The notes under the pieces: generated by a model | What the model was told of the DNA's origin: nothing | Database searches by the model: none | Seen by the model: the letters and a program-made list of their open reading frames with translations, nothing else | Program-made: the position numbers and the translations under genes | In this document: positions 11,403 to 21,853 of the stretch, one piece after another | How the letters are laid out: every line of letters begins with the position of its first letter | How positions within the stretch are numbered: the stretch's first letter is position 1 | Source: Candidatus Dojkabacteria bacterium | GTDB lineage: Bacteria; Patescibacteriota; Dojkabacteria; J137 | Assembly (NCBI GenBank): GCA_025999215.1 | Contig: AP024679.1 | Coordinates: 36,007-100,006, forward strand | Reading direction: 5' to 3' | DNA: 64,000 nt

Positions 11403-12299
11403 AATTAATTTCAAAAAATTCTTTCTTTTTCTTTCATAAGCTTCAACAACTCCTTTGTAAATCTTTACTTGCTCATCTTTTTCTCTCACATATTTTTTAA
11501 AATATTTGATATGCTCTTCTCTCTCTTTTACAATTCTTTGTAAATTTTCATTTTGAATAGCTAAATTATGAGCAGCCTTTAAAAATTCAAACATATTATC
11601 AATATAAAGTGCTTGGTGATTTTTAATGATTGTTTTTAAGGAATAATCTACTTTTTCATTTTGCATTTGGGATATGGAATGTTGAGTAATTGCTTGTTTG
11701 TGTTTTCTGTAATAAAAAATTACTTCAGGTTCAAAAACAACTTTTTTATTCATTTCAATTATAGATAGCCAAAAATCATAATCTTCATATCCAAATTTCA
11801 TGGATCTTTTAAAACCACCAACCTTTTCCCAATCAGATTTATAAAACATGGCACATGAAGGTATTAAATTTCTAATTAACATTTCCCCAATGCTAAAAGG
11901 TGGCAACATTCTCTCCCCTTCTAAATCTCCAAAATAAACAGTCTTACCATAGCCAATACCTGCATTTGGAGTGGATATCATTTTATTAACAATTTTTTCT
12001 ATAAAATACTTGGATATTTTATCGTCTGAATCTAAAGTTAAGATTAAATCACCTTCAGAGTTTTTTACACCTGTATTTCGTGCTTCAGGTAAACCTTTAT
12101 TTTTTTTGTGAGTTACAACTTTATATTTTTTTGATAATTTGGATAAGTGTTCGTTTGTGTAAACGTCTGTTGACGCATCATTAACTATTACTATTTCTAT
12201 ATTTTTATATGACTGTTTTTCAACAGAAGCTATTGTTTCATCAATTAAATGCCCGTAGTTATAACAAGGGATAACGACAGAAACTTTTATTTTGCTCAT
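11364..12299 (-). CDS. GT2 glycosyltransferase with C-terminal coiled coil
   Basis: VSVVIPCYN, VNDASTD, ARNTG, LDSDD, GYEDYDFW. Confidence 0.92.
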   Translation of the reverse strand: MSKIKVSVVIPCYNYGHLIDETIASVEKQSYKNIEIVIVNDASTDVYTNEHLSKLSKKYKVVTHKKNKGLPEARNTGVKNSEGDLILTLDSDDKISKYFIEKIVNKMISTPNAGIGYGKTVYFGDLEGERMLPPFSIGEMLIRNLIPSCAMFYKSDWEKVGGFKRSMKFGYEDYDFWLSIIEMNKKVVFEPEVIFYYRKHKQAITQHSISQMQNEKVDYSLKTIIKNHQALYIDNMFEFLKAAHNLAIQNENLQRIVKEREEHIKYFKKYVREKDEQVKIYKGVVEAYERKRKNFLKLILKKLKRLVSKFN

Positions 12300-13228
12300 T
12301 AAATTAATTTTAACAGATATTTATGATACGTTTTTCCAACGAACTTTTGATAAATCAAATCAAATTGAACTTGGTTCTCTTTGCTTATATTATACCTTTT
12401 TTGTAAATTTTTATTTAAATTTCTGATTAACTTTTTTAAATTTATACATTTTTGAAAATCACTAATCTCCCTGTGCCAAAAATAAACGTGTCTCATTGTT
12501 TCTATTTCTTCTCTTTCTAAATTTATTTTTAAAATTTCTTTATAGGCCCACTCCAAAACTTTCAAAGCATATTCCTCTTGTTCGTTACTTTTCGATTTAC
12601 TAATGCTTTTTTGATGAATTCTATATAACAATAATTCCTGGTCTAAATTTTTTAAAATTAAATTATGTGCCAAATATTTTAAAATTAGGTGGTAATCTTG
12701 AGCCTTTTTGAAATTTTCATCATACATTCCAACCTTTAAAATAGAATCTTTTGTAAACATAAGTGTCGGATGTACAAAAACATTTTGAATAAAAATTTTT
12801 GATAAAATTTGTTCAAAAGAGTTTGGAACATTAATCTCACCTAAAATTTTATTTTGTTCATTAATTATTTTTGCTTTAGTTCCAATTAGAGATACTTCTG
12901 GATTTGATTTTAAGTATTCATACTGAATCTTAAGTCTATCAGGTTCCGCAATATCATCTGCATCCATTCTAGCGATGTAGGGCGAATTTGATTTTTGAAT
13001 CAAATAGTTTAAATTTGCCGTCAAACCATGATTTTTATCTCTTTTAAATATTTTTAATCTTTCATCTGTAAAAGTTTTTATGATTTTATAAGAATCATCA
13101 CTTGAATTATCATCAACTATCAAAAACTCAAACTCCTTAAATGATTGCTTTAAAATACTTTCAATGGAATCTCGCAAAAACGCTTGAGAATTGTAAACAG
13201 ACATAATTACGCTAATTTTTGGCTTCAT
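12299..13228 (-). CDS. GT2 glycosyltransferase
   Basis: ISVIMSVYN, DDNSSD, ARMDADD, HPT, QDY. Confidence 0.92.
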   Translation of the reverse strand: MKPKISVIMSVYNSQAFLRDSIESILKQSFKEFEFLIVDDNSSDDSYKIIKTFTDERLKIFKRDKNHGLTANLNYLIQKSNSPYIARMDADDIAEPDRLKIQYEYLKSNPEVSLIGTKAKIINEQNKILGEINVPNSFEQILSKIFIQNVFVHPTLMFTKDSILKVGMYDENFKKAQDYHLILKYLAHNLILKNLDQELLLYRIHQKSISKSKSNEQEEYALKVLEWAYKEILKINLEREEIETMRHVYFWHREISDFQKCINLKKLIRNLNKNLQKRYNISKENQVQFDLIYQKFVGKTYHKYLLKLI

Positions 13229-14229
13229 AAAACTTGCTTAAAAATTTGAAGATAATCTTCACCCATCTTTGATAGAGTGTAAAGTTTAGAGTTTTTTAAT
13301 GAATTACTTTTGAATTTATCAAAATCAGTAATAGCCAAAAAGATTTTTTCAACTAAGCTTTCAATATTTATATCATCATTTTTATGAAAAAGTTTATTGT
13401 TTAAAGGAGCTAAAAGGTCTTCATTAAAGAAAAGTAGTTCTTTCATAGATCCACTATCAAATGTTACAATAGGCAAACCAGAACTTACAGCTTGAATTAT
13501 TGAATTTGGGCAAGGTGGGTTAAGTTGTGTAAAGATATAAATATCAGCTTTTCTTAACTCTTTAGCGATATAATCTAAATCTTTAAGTCCATGAAAAACT
13601 ATATATTCTCGATCAAGGTGTTTTTTAAGATCTTCTTCAACCTTTCCTATGACATGCAATTCAATATTAAATTTTTTTGAAACTTCATCTAAAGCTAAAA
13701 CCATCGGTTCAATCATTGATAAATTCCGAATAAATCCATCGGTAATAAACTTTACTTTAGCTTTTGGATCGAAATCTTTGTTTGAAGGAAAAAATTTTTT
13801 TGTATCGCAACCATTAATAATTTTAAAAACATTTGAAGTTCTTGGCTCTCCATAAGAATAAACACATTGTTTTTTTGAATATTCGCTTTGAAAAATATAA
13901 TGAGTAGTATAATTTTGATAAATTTCTTTGGCGTACTTGTAATCTGGAATTTCTTGATAACCCTCTCCATGAATTTCAAAAGAATATACCCCATCTAATC
14001 TTTGTATGATAGCTCCACCTCTTTCTTTAATAAATTTAATTTTATCTAAATAATATCTAGTAGCAAAAAAAATAGCTTTAGCTTCATTAATGTTTTTAGT
14101 GGTAAAAAAATTTTGAGATTCAAGATATTTTTTAAGATTCATCATGAAGCTTCTTGGTCCACCCGTATATTGATATTCATAATCTATAAAAATTTGGGCG
14201 CGTTTTTTCAAAAAAAAATTTAATTTCAT
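13225..14229 (-). CDS. GT4-like glycosyltransferase
   Basis: GGPRSF, QRLDG, INGCD, PCPNSIIQAVSSGLP. Confidence 0.85.
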   Translation of the reverse strand: MKLNFFLKKRAQIFIDYEYQYTGGPRSFMMNLKKYLESQNFFTTKNINEAKAIFFATRYYLDKIKFIKERGGAIIQRLDGVYSFEIHGEGYQEIPDYKYAKEIYQNYTTHYIFQSEYSKKQCVYSYGEPRTSNVFKIINGCDTKKFFPSNKDFDPKAKVKFITDGFIRNLSMIEPMVLALDEVSKKFNIELHVIGKVEEDLKKHLDREYIVFHGLKDLDYIAKELRKADIYIFTQLNPPCPNSIIQAVSSGLPIVTFDSGSMKELLFFNEDLLAPLNNKLFHKNDDINIESLVEKIFLAITDFDKFKSNSLKNSKLYTLSKMGEDYLQIFKQVL

Positions 14230-14232
14230 TGT

Positions 14233-14946
14233 TTATTTCCAAACAAATCTTATGTTTTTGATTTTTTCTGCTCTCATTCTATCTCTCATTTTGTCATCTT
14301 TTATTTTCAAATATCCAATTTTATGCGCATGTAACTCAACAAAAATGTAGTCACAAATTTTATGTAATTTATTATCAAATAAATCATTAAGCAGGTCATA
14401 TTCTGCTCCTTCAACATCAATTTTTAGAACTTTAATTTTATCTATTTTATTTTCTTTTATAAAATCAACCAACCTTACCACTTCAACTTCCACAAAATCA
14501 TTTTTATTAACATTATTTTTTTTGTGAAAGAGTGACGAACCTTCTGAATACAAAACTGGATCTTTGGCAGTATCATTATGTCTATAAAGCTTCATCTTGC
14601 CGTTCTTGGAATATACAGCTTTATTATAAATATGCACATTTGGAAGATCTTTAACTTTCTCCTTAAGAATATCAAACGCAATTGGTTCGGGTTCAAATGC
14701 ATACACTGTTGCACCTCTTTTTCCTACCGGAACGGTTTCTTGTCCTACATTGGCACCACAATCAATAAACACTTCTCCTTCAGTATAAGAATTTACAACT
14801 TCCGCCATATCGATTGGCTCAAACCAATAATCATCAATTTTTTTGCGAATTTTTATTTTTCTAAATAAGTTTTGAATTTTATTTAGCACTTTATTGATAT
14901 TAAAAATTAACACCAAAATTCTATCACTTAAACTATGAGTATACAA
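14233..14946 (-). CDS. FkbM-family SAM methyltransferase
   Basis: IDCGANVG, AFEP, KIDVEGAE motifs; TTG start uncertain. Confidence 0.9.
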   Translation of the reverse strand: MYTHSLSDRILVLIFNINKVLNKIQNLFRKIKIRKKIDDYWFEPIDMAEVVNSYTEGEVFIDCGANVGQETVPVGKRGATVYAFEPEPIAFDILKEKVKDLPNVHIYNKAVYSKNGKMKLYRHNDTAKDPVLYSEGSSLFHKKNNVNKNDFVEVEVVRLVDFIKENKIDKIKVLKIDVEGAEYDLLNDLFDNKLHKICDYIFVELHAHKIGYLKIKDDKMRDRMRAEKIKNIRFVWK

Positions 14947-15010
14947 ATGTAAATCTGCTAAAACTTACAGTATAAGCATTTATCTAACAAACAGTTAAAA
15001 AAATGAAAAA

Positions 15011-15019
15011 TGCTATAAT
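15011..15019 (+). promoter_or_regulatory. Extended -10 promoter element (TGcTATAAT)
   Basis: Exact TGnTATAAT in the divergent intergenic region, about 45 bp before ATG 15065. Confidence 0.5.
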
Positions 15020-15064
15020 ATCTCTGATTTACAATAAATCAAATCATAAAGAAAACAAAAAATC

Positions 15065-15843
15065 ATGAAAAATTTTTATGAATGGTACTATGAAAAATAT
15101 TTTTCAAAAAATGAAATTTATGAATTTGAAAACGGTTTTAGGTTGGTATTAGTTGAGAAGAAAAATTTACTAGATTTTAATGTAGACATAGTACTTCAGG
15201 CTGGAAGTTTTTTTGATTCTTTCTATGATTTCCACAAGGAACATCACATTTTCTTGAATACATGATCTGTAGACCTAATAAAAGGTTTAAAAGCAAAAAA
15301 GCTCAAGATAAATTTAAGTTTGGTAATATCAATCGTCCTCATATTTATACCAATGCTTCCGTGTCTCCCAAACTCATGACTTTTACGGTTGGGGGCACTT
15401 CAAGGGTGCAAATAGAATTTTTGAATATCTTTATTATCAAATTGACTATCCAATTGAAAGATTTAGCGAATTTTTGATCAAGAAAAAGATAATACTTGCA
15501 GAATATAAAAGTAAAAGTTTACCTAAAAACAAAGATGCTAATCTAAAGTATAATCAATTTATTTTTAGTAAATTCTATGCTGGTTTTGTAAATTATCCTA
15601 TTGGTGATGAAGATAGCATAAATAAAATAACACTTAAACATCTAAAAATTTAGATTGGATAAAAAAATAGTTAATAGCATCCCTGACAGGCCAATAAGTC
15701 ATTCGTTAAATGATAATATTTTTATAAAAAGTTGGAAATTAAGTTGTTATCATTTCAAAGATAACAACAATCAAAATATATCTCTGTCTATAAATTTTAA
15801 TAAAAAAATTATTAAAAAACGATACACAAGCAATAGTCAATGA
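15065..15843 (+). pseudogene. Fragmented, truncated M16 (insulinase) peptidase remnant
   Basis: ENGFRLVLVE...QAGSFFD then shifted frame PQGTSHFLEYM (HxxEH degenerate to HFLEY), YTNAS, YPIGD; several breaks, far shorter than an M16 subunit. Confidence 0.55.
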
Positions 15844-15861
15844 AGTAGTGCTAAGTTTTCT

Positions 15862-16893
15862 TTAGTTTATTGATAATCTATAATCAAGCCCCAAATCAAG
15901 TACTTGATTTATAAGTGCAATTCCCTGAACAAACATTGCTGTACCATGAATATCTGGTTCATCCAAGCCTTGAGTGATTTTTTTTCCGTAATACTTATCG
16001 TTTGCCTTATGCCTATAAAATGAAAAGCCTCCTTTATCTTCATGATAAAACTGTTTGTATAATCTTAACCTTTGATACATAAAATCTTTAATTTCATCAT
16101 GTCTATGCTTGGAAAATCTCGATGTTATATACAATACATAGACAATATTAAAGTTAAAGCATGCCTCTTTGTCATGAACAGCAGAAAGAGCTGTGTCAAT
16201 AATCATATCTACCTTCGGTATATTTTCAATCCCTATTACATCAAGCCCAATTAATATTTTCATTGCTCCATTGATTTTCTCTGAAAGTGGCGTGTTACCG
16301 CGATACCATGTTCCGTCCGATGGAGATTGAATGGATAATAACCAATTTTTAATAAAATTAACATTTTCTTCTTTTAGTCTTTGACTTTTAGGAAAAAACA
16401 TCTCGTTCATCTTCATGAAAAAAAGAAGAGTGCCAAGATGACTTCCAGCATCCCAAGGTCTAGACCAATCGAAACTTTCAAGATATTTTTCAATTTGTTT
16501 TGTATTTTGGGGTAGGTCTTTGAATGGTTTGCTAGGTTTTGAGCCTAGCATATTCAAAGCTGCAAAAGATTGCCTCGTTTCTGCTCTTCGAGTTTTTTTA
16601 GCTTCATGATTTTGTTTGGTAAATAAAAATCTTCTTGTATTTCCAGTAATAAGCGGATCAAATATGTAACCATTTTTATGTTCAAACTGCTTAATTTGAG
16701 TAGCTATCTTTTCTTTTTGGGATGTTTTTAAGTTTTTTAATTTTCCGGTTATGTAGAGAATTTTTGTTAAAAAAACAAAATTACCTAATCCCCATTTATC
16801 TTTTTCATCAAACAAGTCACCACTATATGAGTACTTAACATGTTCAAAATCTCCAACAATCTGTTTTTGTAAAAAAATTATCCAGATTATCAT
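15862..16893 (-). CDS. Hypothetical protein with prenyltransferase/squalene-cyclase-like QW repeats (alpha/alpha barrel); true start probably near 16924 via a frameshift
   Basis: LLSIQSPSDGTW and QFYHEDKGGFSF resemble QxxDGxW repeats; lies in the GT operon. Confidence 0.5.
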   Translation of the reverse strand: MIIWIIFLQKQIVGDFEHVKYSYSGDLFDEKDKWGLGNFVFLTKILYITGKLKNLKTSQKEKIATQIKQFEHKNGYIFDPLITGNTRRFLFTKQNHEAKKTRRAETRQSFAALNMLGSKPSKPFKDLPQNTKQIEKYLESFDWSRPWDAGSHLGTLLFFMKMNEMFFPKSQRLKEENVNFIKNWLLSIQSPSDGTWYRGNTPLSEKINGAMKILIGLDVIGIENIPKVDMIIDTALSAVHDKEACFNFNIVYVLYITSRFSKHRHDEIKDFMYQRLRLYKQFYHEDKGGFSFYRHKANDKYYGKKITQGLDEPDIHGTAMFVQGIALINQVLDLGLDYRLSIN

Positions 16894-16910
16894 TTATTTT
16901 ATAAATCCAA

Positions 16911-17892
16911 TCAATGCTTTTCATTTACTAAATTTTTAAAAATACTAATATATTCTTGAGTTGCTCTCTCAATAGAAAAATTTTTCCTATCAATCTTTAT
17001 TTTTTCGACTAATTTCGGGTATTTTTGTATAGCTAACTTTAAAGTTTCAGAAAGATTATTAGTGTTTATTTTATCAGGTAGCGATACTCCATAATTTTGA
17101 GCTAATTCCTTTGTGCCTCCTGAATTGTGATAAATTACAGGTAATCCTACAGATAATGCCTCAACTACAACATTGGGGCATGGATCATTACTTGCCGCAT
17201 GCAAAAAAAAGTCGCATTCACTTAAACTTTTTGCCACTTCAGTGTAAGTTTTCTCACCTAGAATCTTAACATTTCTTTTTGGCACTTCTTCATTCCATCG
17301 CCCAATAAAACTCATTTCAACTCCTGGTACCTCGGACATCAAGGATATAGTATCAAAACCTTTTAGCCTATTTGTGGACCAGCTATTTGCAATTAATTTA
17401 ATTTTTTTTCCTAATTTAAAATCTTCCTTTAACTTAAAAACATTATGATCAGCTCCATTATAAATAATTACATGTTTATTATCAGAGTAACCAAATTTTT
17501 GGAAAGCGTTTAGACTTTCAATACTTTGAAAGATTCTAAAATCAGCTATTTTAGATAATTCAATTTGTTTTTGATCATTTTCTATAAACTGATTGGCATA
17601 TGTTGCCCTCAAGCCATCTAATCTGTGTATCAATTTAAATTGATACCTATTAAATAACTTATTTAATTTACTTTCTCTTCTACTTAATATTTTTTTTTAT
17701 TTCATTTACATCGAGCTCCTTATTTTGACCGGCACTCGCTGCTGAAATTAGTACTATATCTGTTTTTGGTGTAATTTTTTTTTCTAAAACAATCCCTTGT
17801 GTTCGACTTAACTCTTTCTTCAAACTTCTCAAAAAGGAATTTATACCACCCCAAGCTCCTTCAATTGTTTCATACCACACAAATACTCTCAC
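16911..17892 (-). CDS. GT4-like glycosyltransferase, frameshift in poly-A near 17690
   Basis: WGGINSF (17680..17892) plus HRLDG, YNGAD, DPCPNVVVEALSVGLP (16911..17633); paralog of 13225..14229. Confidence 0.85.
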
Positions 17893-17893
17893 T

Positions 17894-18892
17894 TTAATTT
17901 AATAAAAAATTAAATAATTCAAAATATTGTTTACCTACTTGTTTCATTGTCAAATTTGATTTTATATATTCCTTATTTCTCCTACCAATTATTCTTCGCA
18001 ACTCATAATTTTCAATTAAATTACTCAAAGCGCTATACCATTCTTCATCACTTCGACATATTGTTATTCCTCGATTAAGATAAGATGGAACCGGTGAAGC
18101 CACCACAGGTAATCCAACAGCCATCGGGTAGGCAACTTTACTTAGCGCATGCCCTAAATTATAAGGCACACTCAAATCTCTGGGTGCAATTTTTATATCT
18201 CCTCGTAAAAAGCTCTTGTGAACTGTTTTAAAATTGAATTTAATAAAAGTATTTGGTATAAAATCAATTTCTGGTTTTTGATCTGAGACGAAAAGCAAGT
18301 TCAAATTCTTATATTTATTTTGAAGCTCTATCAAAATCTCAGAAATCAAGCTAATATCTTTTGCTTTTTTAGAGTAACCATTGTATAAGAGGTTTATCAT
18401 ATCAGTATTTTCATGTATTTTATTAGTCTTAATAAATTTATCTTCTATTGCTTCCTCAATTAAAAAGGTTAATTTATTGTATTGAGAATAAATTTGCTGT
18501 AAATGTTCAGAAGAAACAATAATGCAATCTGCTAAATTTAACATATCCTTTATATCTTTTTTCATTTGATTAATCTTTTGAATTTGTTCCTCATTAAAAA
18601 TACCAATATCTGCCTCTAACGCAAATACATCGATGTTTATGTCAAAAATAATTAAAGTTCCTTGATTTTTAAGTTTCTTAGCTATGGTTAAAAATTCGCC
18701 AAAATAAGCCTTTTGAAAAATAACAGCATCATATTTTTGAGATTCATTATAAATCTCTAATTTGTAACGCAAAAAATATTTTTTCTTGAAATGGTTTATA
18801 ACATTGTATACACGTAATCTTGTAGATGCCCAAGCATCATTATAAGGCTTTAAATCATCACTTATGAATCCAATTCTTTTAGTTTTTTTCAT
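17894..18892 (-). CDS. GT4-like glycosyltransferase
   Basis: ASTRLR, IFQK, DIKIAP, MAVGLPVVASP. Confidence 0.8.
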   Translation of the reverse strand: MKKTKRIGFISDDLKPYNDAWASTRLRVYNVINHFKKKYFLRYKLEIYNESQKYDAVIFQKAYFGEFLTIAKKLKNQGTLIIFDINIDVFALEADIGIFNEEQIQKINQMKKDIKDMLNLADCIIVSSEHLQQIYSQYNKLTFLIEEAIEDKFIKTNKIHENTDMINLLYNGYSKKAKDISLISEILIELQNKYKNLNLLFVSDQKPEIDFIPNTFIKFNFKTVHKSFLRGDIKIAPRDLSVPYNLGHALSKVAYPMAVGLPVVASPVPSYLNRGITICRSDEEWYSALSNLIENYELRRIIGRRNKEYIKSNLTMKQVGKQYFELFNFLLN

Positions 18893-18895
18893 GTT

Positions 18896-19751
18896 TTATC
18901 TGCTAAAAAATTGTTTGATTTTATTAACTTTTTGAATTCTCTTAAATTTTTTATAACATTTTTTTGTTTTAAAACTCTTAATTTTATTATTTAATTCCTC
19001 TTCAGTAATAAAAAATGAAGAGTCCTTTTCAGTTAATTTTATACCATTTTTGTCGAGAAAATCATTTATTAAGTTTTTATTGAAAGCATCCTCTGCACGA
19101 ACATTTTGAGCAAAGCTAATCGCTAGCAGCAAAATTTTAAAATCTTCATCTGATTGTGATTCTTGTTTCCAGCATTTTTCAAAAATCCTAATATACCTGT
19201 GATGTTTATGAAAGTGTGCAATTCCTTTTCGGAAAATATCTTCATAAAATTGTTCAAAATCGTGTAAACCAACCACATCTTTTTTTTCAGATGATTGGTA
19301 ACCTTGTTTTAACATTGCTTTGATAGTATAAGTTTCTGGTCTTAGTGAAACGCTTTCTGATGGAATTTCTTTGATAGCTTTTTTTAAAAGATTTGTTTTA
19401 TAGATCCTAAATCCTGCTGATCTTGGGCCGCCAAAAAATTTATCAATTACATACGCTCTACCTTCAAAAAAAGAGTCTGTATATCTATTAATAATTTTAT
19501 TTATAAATTTTACTACCAACTGAGGACTGGGAAGCAAATCAGCATCAATCATTACAGTCCAATTTTTTTTGGAATCAATTGCTAGTTCATATGATTCTTT
19601 CAATGCTTTACTAAAAGGCGCAACATTTTTAACGACTTTAGGCGAAATTTGAAAATGGTTTTTCAATTAGACTACAGCATGCTTGAGTTGTTCTTTCCCC
19701 AACACTTCTTACAATGAAAGTAATGTCATTAGAATTTAATTTTGTATCCAT
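18896..19751 (-). CDS. GT2-like glycosyltransferase, frameshift near 19662
   Basis: Upstream frame MDTKLNSNDITFIVRSVGERTT (ATG 19751 overlaps the wzt end) joins the ORF containing MIDAD (DxD). Confidence 0.65.
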
Positions 19752-20962
19752 TTGTATTTTACTTTAAAATATCCCCCAAAAGGTACAAGTTCGGGTTCAG
19801 ATTGAATAGCGAATCTACCACCAGTAGCACTAACCAAAGAAAAATTATCTTGTTTTCTCCACTTAAATGCAATTCTATACGTTCCAGGCATTAAAGAATT
19901 ATCTTCTAAAATAACTCTAAAGTTGTTATGTCCAACTTTAATGCTTGGTCTTTGATGTCCAAATATAACATTTTTTAGAGAAGTAATCGTAATCCCTTCT
20001 GGTGAAACTATATCAAGACCTAGTATAGGGTTTTGATACTCTGATCTACTTTCAAAATTAAACTCAAAAACTATTTTTTCCTTATGCTTAAAAATCTCAG
20101 TATTTTCACCTTTTTCATTTGTAATATTCAGTGTAATGTTGTAAATATCCCCTGTAGATTCATAAACTATCAACTTTGGATCAATATTTTGAACTTCCTT
20201 TGCAATAGTATGCTTGTAATAAAAATCAATTGCATTTAAAGTTTCTCCTGTATAGAGTTCTTTTCCTTTATCAATAACCATAACTCTATTACAAATTCTT
20301 TCTACTTGTCTCATATCATGAGAAATGAATATAATTGAAGTCTTTTTTCTAATATCCTCCATCCTTTCCATGCATTTTCTCTTGAAACTAATATCACCTA
20401 CAGCCAAAACTTCATCAACCAATAAAACTTCAGGAACTCTATGAATAGCAATTGAAAAACCTAAACGAACTTTCATTCCTGATGAATAAGTTGAAACTGG
20501 TGCATCTAAAAAATCTCCAATATCTGCAAATTTTACAATATCATCAAACTTTGCTTTTATCTCACTTCTCGACATCCCCAAAATTGTTCCATTCAAAAAT
20601 ATATTCTCTCTTCCAGTCATGTGAGGATGAAAACCTGCCCCAACAGCAATTAATGATCCAACATTACCGTTTACAACTATTCTTCCATCATCTGGTGGGA
20701 AAATACCAGCTATTAGTCTCAATAAAGTAGACTTCCCAGAACCATTTTCGCCAATTATTCCAAAAATCTCTCCTTTTTTAACTTCAAAAGAAACATTTCT
20801 TAATGACCAAAACTCTGATTTTCTGAGTTTTGTAGTATCAGGCGGCAAATTTACAAAGCTTTTAGCTAAATCTAAAGTACCTAAAAAAAGGCTTCTCCGT
20901 AAGTTTCGTGAGAACTTTTTACTAACATTTTCTACTTTTATTGCAAAAGGATCCTCTTTCAT
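19736..20962 (-). CDS. wzt: Polysaccharide ABC exporter ATPase with C-terminal Wzt_C-like domain
   Basis: GENGSGKST, YSSGMKVRLGF, LLVDEVLAVGD, ISHD, followed by a ~150-aa beta-rich extension ending LMPGTYRI. Confidence 0.93.
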   Translation of the reverse strand: MKEDPFAIKVENVSKKFSRNLRRSLFLGTLDLAKSFVNLPPDTTKLRKSEFWSLRNVSFEVKKGEIFGIIGENGSGKSTLLRLIAGIFPPDDGRIVVNGNVGSLIAVGAGFHPHMTGRENIFLNGTILGMSRSEIKAKFDDIVKFADIGDFLDAPVSTYSSGMKVRLGFSIAIHRVPEVLLVDEVLAVGDISFKRKCMERMEDIRKKTSIIFISHDMRQVERICNRVMVIDKGKELYTGETLNAIDFYYKHTIAKEVQNIDPKLIVYESTGDIYNITLNITNEKGENTEIFKHKEKIVFEFNFESRSEYQNPILGLDIVSPEGITITSLKNVIFGHQRPSIKVGHNNFRVILEDNSLMPGTYRIAFKWRKQDNFSLVSATGGRFAIQSEPELVPFGGYFKVKYKWIQN

Positions 20963-21807
20963 ATCATTTTTTCGATTACTCTATCTTCACTAACATAAAA
21001 AAGTCTAAGAGCTAAGAGGAAAATTAAAAATGTAACTAAAGAAATAATCAAATAAATATCTAAATTTTGAACATTCTTTTCTATCAATAAATCTCTAGCA
21101 ACACCAAGTAAATAAGTTAATGGATTATATTTCAAAGCAATTTGCAAGTTTTCATTTTCGGTATTTGAAGCAAAAAGAACCGGTGTAACGTACAGTAGCA
21201 ATTCCATGAGTTTGTTTATTACTCTTCCAATGTCTACTGCCACAATATTTATTACTCCAACAATCAAGCCAATTGAACTTCCTAAAAAAAATAAAGGTAA
21301 AATTGTAAGAGGAAAAAAAATACTCAAAAAACTAAATTTTACTCCAAAAAGCATTAAAGTCGTTATAATGATCACAAAAGAAATTGTAAAATTCACCAAA
21401 TGCTGAAAATTTTCTTTGAATAACAAAGCTTCATGAGGGAATTTTACTTGCATTATAAATCCAGCTCCTGCATTTAAAGTATTACTTGACGCAACATAAA
21501 AACCCATAAAAAGCCCCCAAATTGAAGTACTTAATAGAACATATGCAGGATATGGAATTGTTGTTTCACCTGGATCCAAAACCCCTGTGTAATTCAAAAA
21601 TGCCCAGTTAACAATGCCTACCAATGGTGTAATCAATATCCAAGCTATTCCTAGAAAAGATTTTTTATAAGTCATTAAAAAATCTCTTTTAAACAACTGA
21701 AAAATTAGTTCACGATAATCATAAACATTTCTAAACATTATGTACCAAGTTTTGAATATGTTTACTTTGAATCTTTGATTAGGTGTGTAGATAGTTTTAT
21801 ATTCCAT
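20959..21807 (-). CDS. wzm: Polysaccharide ABC exporter permease
   Basis: YRELIFQLFKRDF..YKKSFLG.AW, TPV, NPLTY; 6 TMs; overlaps wzt. Confidence 0.92.
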   Translation of the reverse strand: MEYKTIYTPNQRFKVNIFKTWYIMFRNVYDYRELIFQLFKRDFLMTYKKSFLGIAWILITPLVGIVNWAFLNYTGVLDPGETTIPYPAYVLLSTSIWGLFMGFYVASSNTLNAGAGFIMQVKFPHEALLFKENFQHLVNFTISFVIIITTLMLFGVKFSFLSIFFPLTILPLFFLGSSIGLIVGVINIVAVDIGRVINKLMELLLYVTPVLFASNTENENLQIALKYNPLTYLLGVARDLLIEKNVQNLDIYLIISLVTFLIFLLALRLFYVSEDRVIEKMI

Positions 21808-21853
21808 AATTTTTTATTAACATATGATTATACAACCTTGAGCTTTTAAAAGT

